64,000 nucleotides of DNA from an uncultured Phycisphaerales bacterium (GTDB lineage Bacteria; Planctomycetota; Phycisphaerae; Tepidisphaerales; Tepidisphaeraceae): positions 2,816,001-2,880,000 of the forward strand of contig CAVWVQ010000003.1 of the NCBI GenBank assembly GCA_963758525.1. Direction: 5' to 3'. Positions 56,673-64,000 of the stretch are shown here, piece by piece. Both the position numbers and the translations under genes were made by a program. Each line of letters begins with the position of its first letter. Position 1 is the stretch's first letter. The notes under the pieces were generated by a model. The model was not told the DNA's origin and made no database searches. It was given only the letters and a program-made list of their open reading frames with translations.

Positions 56673-56695
56673 AGGAAATACGGGCTCTCTTCACT

Positions 56696-56751
56696 CCTGA
56701 ACCCTGAACCCTGAACCCTGAACCCTGAACCCTGAACCCTGAACCCTGAAC
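56696..56751 (+). repeat. Tandem heptamer (CCTGAAC)x8
   Basis: Eight perfect units counted, then degenerate units. Confidence 0.95.
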
Positions 56752-56841
56752 CCTGACACCCTCAACCCTCGCTTTGCCGAACTTAAGTCAAATGATTCTG
56801 CCCTGCTTGCCGCCGACAGCGTCATCCGTGGTTCAATCTCT

Positions 56842-59716
56842 TTAAAACGATTGTCCGCCCGCAACTTGCTTTACCTGATCATCGGACAGCGCCGCGGACC
56901 AGAACCGCACTTCATCCAGCGACCCATGAAACCAGGGACGGCTGGAATCCGCCGGGCGGGCGAGATAGCAGTGCGACTTGGCGGCCGGCGGCCGGAAATC
57001 GGCCAGCGTCATGGGGAACGGACCATCAGCCTCAACAACTCCGTCGATCACCAGCCGGGCGTTCACTCCGTCGAGAATCACCGCTACATACGTCCACGCC
57101 CCGATCGTCGTGAAATGTCGGCTGGCCAACGTGTGAATGCTGCCTCCCTTGCGGGCGATCAGCGCGAAACGGCCGTGTCCGTCATCGGGCGTCAAATGAA
57201 TTGCGTCCGAAGTCTCGGAGCCGATGAACCAAACCGGCTGATCCGGCGGGCCGCTCTCCCGGCGAACCCACGCCGTGATGCTTGCGATGCGCATATCCGC
57301 CACGCTTCGTTCCAGAAGTACCGCCTGCGTCTTTCCATCGAACGTGAGAAAGCCCCTATGCCGTCCCCCGCCGGCTTCCCAATGGGGATGGCCGATCAGG
57401 ATGCCATCGTTGAGGCCCGGGCCATCGAGCGCCAGGCTTTCGTTGGGCGCATCAAAGTCATAACTCACCCATCGATGCGGCGGGGCGTGACGCTGGTCAA
57501 TCCATTCCTGCGGGCAAGCCTGATACGGGACAAAGCCGGTCTGGAAGCCGTTGCCGGCGTGATGCGGCCCGCCGTAGTCGGCAGTGAGCACGGCGTCGCC
57601 GTCGATGCCCGGCGATGCCGCGCCATCCTGCCCGTTTCCCCACACCTGAACGCACCCTTCGACCGTGGCATTTTCCCTGATGAGCGCGTGGTCCTTGACC
57701 TCCGCGGTTTGCAGCGCGCGGGCATCGTCGGCGAGATGCGCATTCTCGGTGATAAACGCGTAGTCCCGGACGCGGGCATGGCCGTCGATCACCGCGTCGT
57801 CCTTGACGAGGGCGTGATCGCTGAGAATCGCGTTGTCCTTCACCTGCGCATTGCCGCGCACTTCGGCGAAGTCCTCGATGTGCGCCGAACCTTCGACGCG
57901 CGCGTTGTCCAGCACCATCGCGTTGGGCCCGACGAAGGCGCTGTCGGCCACATGAGCGGTGTTCGCGACGAAACCGCCGCCGTTGGAGTGCGGCCGGCCG
58001 GGAACATCTGGCGCCGAGGGATTTGCTCCAGCGCCGGAACGGCTCCGCTGATTTTCACGTCATAAGCAAGCCGGCGCCGGGAAGGGTGGGTGCGCCAGGG
58101 GAATTGCATGTCGTCCTGCTCCCACCAGACAAACTGGTCGGGCGTGGCGATCACGACCAGAAAAACGCGATCGGTATCGGCCGGCAGCGAGAGCGCCTGC
58201 GTTCCCTTGTCAAAGAGAGGCGAGGCGGCGGCTTCAGTGCCGTCGCGCCGCCGGGCGACAATGCACGCCCGCCAGTCGGCGGCAACTGACTTGTCCGGCA
58301 AGCCGTGAAATTCCACCGCCACCCGGCTGCCCCAATGACCCTCGGCGGGAACCAGTTCGTGAACCGTGTACCCGCCCGGATTGGGCGCTTTCTCGGGGGA
58401 AACCCGAAAGCGCCCGGAAGCATAGGGCACGGGGAGCAGATCGGGCCAGATCAACCTGCGGTTCTCGGGATTTGCGCGGAAGTCTTCGCACGCCCGCCGC
58501 ATCGCCGACCCGTTGCTGAATGCCCACGTCACCGACCGGCGGGCATAGTTTCCCAAAGCGGCTTTGATGTCCAGCCGCGGGTCGAGCCGGCGGATGCAGT
58601 CAAAGATATTTTCCTTCTCGTGAATGCTCTGCCATAGCCGGCCCGAAAAGCCATCGGAAAGTCCCGGCAGCAAATCGGGATTTTCATCCAGATACGTCCA
58701 GATGGGCCAGCAGAGGTAATAGTCGCGCCCGTGCGCGGGATACCATTGGCTCATGGTGGAGAAATACGGATCGATGCCGCTGACGGGTACGGTGTTGGCG
58801 ACATTGGGGTTGTCCGACTGCTGGGCGTAGAAGTACATGAGGTAGCGCTCCCGGCCGTAGTTTGCGTGGCTCTCCCACCACATTCCCCTCATGCCGCCGT
58901 GTTGCGCCTCCTGGAAGGCGTGCATCAATTCATGCGGGATGACCCAGCTTGGCGGATCGACGCGCAGGCCTGTGGGATCGATGTTGACCACGCCGCCGCC
59001 GGTCATGTATCCGCCCTGGTGCGTCGTAATGTTCACTTTGTAGAGGCGGTTGGGAGATTGGCCGGGAAGAGAGTAGGGGGGCTTGAGCTTGAGGGCCTTG
59101 ATGTAATATTGCCAGCATTCCTCGAAGTTGCGCAGCGTGCCGTGGGCCTGCCCGGCGGTGAAGTTCTCGCTGAGCCCTTTGCCCCAGTAGATCCGAAAAT
59201 GCTTCGACTGCGCGGATTTCTGCCCCCGCCAGTCGGGCAACTCGAAGGTCAGCCCGAATTGCTGCGGCTCGTCATCCCCGACCTTGGCCGACACCAATTT
59301 TGCCGGCGGCTCGACGGCGATCGATTGCACGCGTCCCCGCCACCAGACCTGCAGGCTCATGTCGATCCGGTAGGTGTGGCGTCCGCCGTCTCCGATGACT
59401 TTGGCCGCCGGGATCGTAATGATCTGTGGCGCGGTCGTGCCCGGCGCGTGGGTGCAGACATACGCGACGTTGATGTCGCGATGCGCCGCCGAGCCCGCGG
59501 CGATCACCAAATCCAGATAATTGTTGTATCCCAAGTCCAGATCGGGACCGCCGTTGCCGCCGTCGGCGATCGGATCGCTCGCCCCCTGCAAGGGCGTGGT
59601 ATCGTCAACGGTAATCGGTAGTTGTGACTGCGCCGCGCGGCAGCGCCCGATTGCCGGGGCGACTTAATCAGGATCATCAGCGCACACAGCAGAAAGATTC
59701 GCGGTGTTATGGGCAT
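56842..59716 (-). CDS. Secreted multidomain protein: HExxH domain (DUF6055-like), hexapeptide beta-helix, LamG-like domain (two apparent frameshifts)
   Basis: Signal peptide from ATG 59716; PHELMHAFQ..WWESHAN; [IV]xDxAx repeats; ITAWVR..WTYVAV..FHGSLDEVRFWSAALS. Confidence 0.75.
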
Positions 59717-59774
59717 TGTTCCAGAAGATAAGGGACTGTAACAAAATAACTTAAACAATTGGTCTGCAATTTGC

Positions 59775-59996
59775 ATGGCTATGGACGGTACGTACACGGA
59801 GGTGCGTAACGTGAGCATCACGGTTCAATTCAAGTATGATACACTGGCCGGTGCGATGAACGAACAGTTTCGACGGCGTTGGGCTGGCTGCGAGGCACTT
59901 GCAATGGGCCGGGGCGGCGTCAGTATCGTCGCGGCGGAGACAGGGATGTCGCGTAATACCGTTCTGCGGGGGATCGCGGAGATTCAGGAACAGGTG
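59775..59996 (+). pseudogene. N-terminal fragment of an ISAzo13-like transposase
   Basis: NEQFRRRWAGCEALAMGRGGVSIVAAETGMSRNTVLRGIAEI (HTH region), cut at the REP preceding the RAYT. Confidence 0.75.
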
Positions 59997-60051
59997 ATGA
60001 AAAGGGGTCATCAGCCTTTCCCGTCGGTTGAGTGGATGGTACATTCCCTGA

Positions 60052-60744
60052 ATGGCCCGTAAACCCCGATTCTCCCCCGGCGGCTTGGCGTATCACGTGA
60101 TGAACCGCACTCCGGGGAAGGTCAAGCTGTTCGAGGATGATGGAGACTATCAGGCGTTTGAGAAGGTGCTGATCGAGGCGATCGATCTGCATCGGGGAAT
60201 ACGGCTCTGCGCCTATTGCCTGATGCCCAACCACTTTCATCTGGTGCTCTATCCCAAGACCGACGGCCAATTGTCCCGCTTCATGCAGTGGCTCACCATG
60301 ACCCACGCGGCCCGCTGGCATGCCCATCGCCACAGTGTCGGGCGCGGGCATCTGTATCAGGGCCGCTTCCGGAGCTTCCCGATTCAGCGGGACGGGCATT
60401 TCCTGAGTGTCTGCCGGTATGTGGAGCGGAATGCGCTGCGGGCCAGTCTCGTGGCCAAGGCGCAGGACTGGCGATGGGGTTCGCTCTGGGCGAGGGATGA
60501 CCGCAGCAGCGCGATCGCCCGGTTTCTGGCGCCCTGGCCGGTGGAGATGCCAGGGAGATGGGTGACTCTGGTCAATCGGGCGGAAAGCGAGGTAGAGCTG
60601 GCCGCGTTGCGCCGCGCGGTTGCTCGCGGCCGTCCCTACGGCGATGATCGCTGGTCGCAGCGGACGGCCAAGGCGCTGGGCAGTGACAGCTCGTTGCGCC
60701 CGATCGGCCGGCCGAAGAAATCGAAGCCGCCGAGGAAGGGCTGA
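60052..60744 (+). CDS. Intact REP-associated tyrosine transposase (RAYT, Y1/HUH)
   Basis: YHVMNR, YCLMPNHFHLVL (HUH), GHLYQGRF, RYVERN. Flanked by inverted AAAAGGGGTCATCAGCCTTTCC (~60000) and GGCTTATGGCCCCCTTT (~60763). Confidence 0.9.
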   Translation: MARKPRFSPGGLAYHVMNRTPGKVKLFEDDGDYQAFEKVLIEAIDLHRGIRLCAYCLMPNHFHLVLYPKTDGQLSRFMQWLTMTHAARWHAHRHSVGRGHLYQGRFRSFPIQRDGHFLSVCRYVERNALRASLVAKAQDWRWGSLWARDDRSSAIARFLAPWPVEMPGRWVTLVNRAESEVELAALRRAVARGRPYGDDRWSQRTAKALGSDSSLRPIGRPKKSKPPRKG

Positions 60745-62402
60745 TGGCTGATGCGGAAAGATTGGCTTATGGCCCCCTTTTATCACCTGAATTGGAACAG
60801 CTGCTTCCTCCGCTAACCGTGTCCGACGCGAGCCACTCGTCGAATACCGTAACTGCCGTGAGCGGCACGCCGGTGGACCTCTACGTGCCTGAGGTGCTGA
60901 ACTCCGATGGCAGTTCAGCAGGCTATGCGACGATCAATCTGCACGAAGATGCCAGCGCTGCAAGCGGAGCGTCGTTGCCGTGGACGATCGGCGGGGCAAG
61001 CGCAAGTAAGAACGGCGGGACCGTTACGCAAGCCGCCGATGACTCGGTAACGCTGACGCCGACGGGCGGGAATTACGACTTCGATTTGCAGGTGGTGGCC
61101 GGAGAGTACTCAGAAAGCCAGGCGGTGTATGATGTCGTTGTGCATGTTTATACCGTGGCCGTCGAGTTCAACGACACGCCGGCAACGAATGACGATATTG
61201 TTATGCTCGGCACACCGGCGGAGGGTCCCGATATCCCGCCGAACCAGCCCGAGCTTGGCGCGGCGGTGCAGATGGTTGGCGACGGGCCATCGGGCCTTAC
61301 GGTGACGCTGGACAACCCAGACGGTCGTTTGGGTTTTGGCGAGGGAGCCCCTTCGTCGGAACCACTGTCACAGCCCTCATCGCCCGTCCCGACACAACCC
61401 AGTACCCCAAGCTTTACCCTCCCCACGGACGGCTCGTGGCAGTACGTTTCAGTTTTTGGCCTCGGCGTCAGCGCGGCTGTTGGCGACGCCTCGGTTCGGG
61501 TTTCGGGCAGCGTGCTCCGGCAAGTTGGCGGGTTCGTTCTCGGCAAAAAAGGGGCAACGGTATTTTGGTTCAGCGGGTCTAGCATTACCGTGCAGCCGGC
61601 TGGGAATTACGCGTCGGTTAATAACGGTCCAAAGGAGAGTTACACCGTAGACACCGCCGTGAATAACGCGGCGTCAGCGGTCACCATTCAAGGCAGCGCG
61701 ACACTCACCCCAGCCGGCATCGATCCTAATGCGCCCCAGCTCACTGCCTTACGAATCGGCTTTGTGCAAAACGCTGTCAACTCGATGAGCGTGGTGACAT
61801 ACGCAAACCCGGTTCAGGGCGCAGCCGTTAATGGGGGAGGAATTGCGAATGTCGCTCCCACGGAGGTCTACACGATTCAGGTCCCGACGCTTCTCAACGA
61901 CTCGGCTGTCGGCAGCACGCCGCTTTACGCTCAGCCCGGCAACGATTTCAACGACCCATTGACAAGCAATTCCGTGCAATACGCCAACGGGGTCGCACAA
62001 CCCAGCACAATTGACACGCCGTCACTAATTGGCTGGAAGCAATCGTTGACCCTCAATGCAGATGATGCAAATGGCAATGTCGTCGGCACGGTAACCTATT
62101 CCCTTGCAAGCTTAGCAATCGACGACGTTTTTCGAGATTTTCTGGTCGTGGGCGTGGCAGATTCCAATCAGCACGTTACCACGGTAATTGCCCCGTTGAA
62201 GGAGACGGGTTGGCATTTGAACGTGAATTCGGCGGCCGCCAATCCCAACACGCAAGTCGCAATAGTAAACGGCGATGCAAACGGCGGCTCGCCCCCTACG
62301 GATGCTCCGATATTGAGCGGCGCGCTGCTCAACGATGAAATTGCCAATCCGGCGAATTTGAACCTCGCGGGTGTCGGCAACCCCATACAGGACAATTTCT
62401 AG
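60744..62402 (+). CDS. Beta-rich surface-type protein, probably the 5'-truncated tail of a larger gene
   Basis: 552-aa open frame rich in G/S/T/V/N. The start lies inside the REP and there is no signal peptide. Confidence 0.55.
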   Translation: MADAERLAYGPLLSPELEQLLPPLTVSDASHSSNTVTAVSGTPVDLYVPEVLNSDGSSAGYATINLHEDASAASGASLPWTIGGASASKNGGTVTQAADDSVTLTPTGGNYDFDLQVVAGEYSESQAVYDVVVHVYTVAVEFNDTPATNDDIVMLGTPAEGPDIPPNQPELGAAVQMVGDGPSGLTVTLDNPDGRLGFGEGAPSSEPLSQPSSPVPTQPSTPSFTLPTDGSWQYVSVFGLGVSAAVGDASVRVSGSVLRQVGGFVLGKKGATVFWFSGSSITVQPAGNYASVNNGPKESYTVDTAVNNAASAVTIQGSATLTPAGIDPNAPQLTALRIGFVQNAVNSMSVVTYANPVQGAAVNGGGIANVAPTEVYTIQVPTLLNDSAVGSTPLYAQPGNDFNDPLTSNSVQYANGVAQPSTIDTPSLIGWKQSLTLNADDANGNVVGTVTYSLASLAIDDVFRDFLVVGVADSNQHVTTVIAPLKETGWHLNVNSAAANPNTQVAIVNGDANGGSPPTDAPILSGALLNDEIANPANLNLAGVGNPIQDNF

Positions 62403-62410
62403 GAGAGAGT

Positions 62411-63471
62411 ATGTGCGGATTCTCTGTGCGTGCATTTCTCATCTTCACCACGCTTGTTTCGGGAGAGTCGCATTTAGCGGCGTCTGCTCAGTCTGAAACA
62501 GCGTCTTTAGGACAGGATTCACCTGGGTGCGCAGTGCGCATGGCGTGTGACATCGCACGTTTCAACCCTTTGGAAATCGACGGCCGCAATGGTGACGGAT
62601 GGGCGGTTTTACAGATCACGCCGGACCGTTGCGGGTACACAGAGCGCGTTGATCTCGCGATGTCCGAGGACGGGCAGGCATTTCCCGTTCCGCCGCCTGC
62701 CTCGCTCGAACGATCAATTGTCGGCGGAACGGTGCATCTGATCTCGGTTCTCTCGGGAAACCCAGGTTGCGTGGAGAGGTTCGAGGAGGTGACTATCGGC
62801 GGTGCTAACGCGCCCGACCCCGGCGTGTCCGAAAAATTTTACTCGCCATTCGAGCACGGAGGTACATTGGTTTGCCGTGTCAATAACGGCTTCCCGGGTC
62901 GATACCGGTTCTGTCCGGCTATTCTGATTCCATCGGAGTGGGCAAGCCAAGTTGAGCCCGCCATTCACTTTGTGCGGCAAAACTCGCAGTTATTCGACCC
63001 GGCCAACCTGCAGCGAGCGCGCCCTCGGCTCGAATCGCTTCTAAAAGATCCCAACCCTCTCCTCTCGGCTGCAGCAGCACGCCTGTTGGCGGCCGTGGGC
63101 GGATCGGACGACGCTATCGAGCGCCAATTGGCGATGACGAGAGACCCGGTGCTTCAAAGTGTCTTCGTCCGGGTTTTGGTTTTCGGCGGTCCAACTACCG
63201 CCTCTACCGATCGGGTAAGGGCGATCTGCAAGTTGGTCGGCTTGCGCACGAGCCAAAGGTCGTTCGGCCGCTTGCTGTCGGGACATTGGCGGCCGCAGCG
63301 CGACGTTTCCCTTGGGACGGACCATGGGATTCGGTAGATCCACTGATACATAGTCTGGCAGAGAAACTCTCTGACGCTTCGAACTCCTCAATCTACGACC
63401 GGCAGCTAATGAAGATGATCCAGGCGACGGCGCACTTTACCGATGCCCGGACCCCCACAACGCGCCAGTGA
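62411..63471 (+). CDS. Hypothetical exported protein with a HEAT-like helical C-terminus (frameshift near 63240-63290)
   Basis: AGGAG RBS 5' of ATG 62411, signal-peptide-like start, LESLLKDPNPLLSAAAARLLA. Confidence 0.55.
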
Positions 63472-63545
63472 AAGTTGTCGCGACGCAGTGAAAATGGCAC
63501 CTGTTTTAAACGGAAAACGGGACGTCGCGACGTCACTGATTTCCG

Positions 63546-63915
63546 GTGATCGGGCTCACGCCCTTTGGCGTAACCCTTGGCGGCGGCACGTTCGACATGG
63601 CGGACAAAAGCGAAAGCTTCAACCTCCTAGCCGGCAGCGGAACGGTCACCGATTCATCGGCGACTGCTTCGTCCCTGACGATCGGAACCGCCAACGGCTC
63701 GGGCACGTTCTCCGGCGCGATCCGCAACGGCAACGCAACCGTCAGTCTGACGCAAATCGGAACCGGAACGCTCACATTGAGCGGCACATCCGACAACGCT
63801 TCGCTCGCGCTGGACGCCGAGGCGGGGACGACCATTCTGAACAAGACCAGTTCCGCCAGCGTCCACGCCGTCTCGGGGATCACCAACATCGCCACCGGAG
63901 CCCTCGTCCAGCTCT
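63546..63915 (+). pseudogene. Internal fragment of an autotransporter-associated beta-strand repeat protein
   Basis: LAGSGTV, GTFSGAI, LTQIGTGTLTLSG. Both ends are cut by repeat-like DNA. Confidence 0.7.
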
Positions 63916-63961
63916 CCCGCCGCTTGTCGGGGAAATGCGAAGGGGGTCACCCGGTCATCAG

Positions 63962-64000
63962 GGCTCTGTAGAAAACCCCCAGTAACGCGAGAGCGGGGAA
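63962..64000 (-). mobile_element. End of another copy or derivative of the 27978..28953 IS
   Basis: GGCTCTGTAGAAAACC preceded by GGTCATCAG, the reverse complement of the 9-bp target. Confidence 0.85.

Noticed and set aside
56696..56751. Telomere-like repeat (same unit as the Plasmodium GGGTTCA variant)
   Set aside because: Internal, only eight units, in bacterial context among other heptamer arrays; best treated as coincidence.
60052..60744. IS200/IS605 element with TnpB or a guide RNA
   Set aside because: No tnpB/iscB ORF is adjacent; the longer C-terminus and inverted REP flanks fit RAYT.

Overview
GC-rich bacterial DNA, most likely a planctomycete (DUF1549/DUF1553 cytochrome c plus DUF1501 pair, DUF4058). 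Phycisphaerae is my inference from the full mreBCD-mrdA-rodA set and the style of the hypothetical proteins. In order: (1) elongasome cluster mreB-mreC-mreD-mrdA-[membrane protein]-rodA on the minus strand; (2) VapBC and MNT-HEPN toxin-antitoxin pairs around a ferredoxin and the cytochrome c/DUF1501 pair; (3) a five-gene partial type VI secretion module (TagH-C-like, TssK, TssL, very long TssM, TagF-like) with no TssJ or tail genes; (4) a nested mobile-element pile-up at 24.7-29.1 kb: ~730-bp direct repeats, three broken REP-associated tyrosine transposases (RAYT), a 133-bp IS66-like MITE, and an IS5-like element plus mini-copy sharing a 9-bp target; (5) acyltransferase, glycoside-hydrolase-like and APH-kinase genes; (6) a hybrid histidine kinase with an ethylene-receptor-like membrane domain followed by three REC-GGDEF paralogues; (7) a complete group 1h [NiFe]-hydrogenase cluster with a YceI protein, two related small membrane peptides and in-frame palindromic insertions; (8) a second REP/MITE/RAYT-rich island with secreted proteins. 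Many genes, including essential ones, carry small frameshifts, most simply explained as long-read assembly errors, so I joined them by hand. All family calls come from motif recognition, not database searches. No rRNA, tRNA or CRISPR array was seen.
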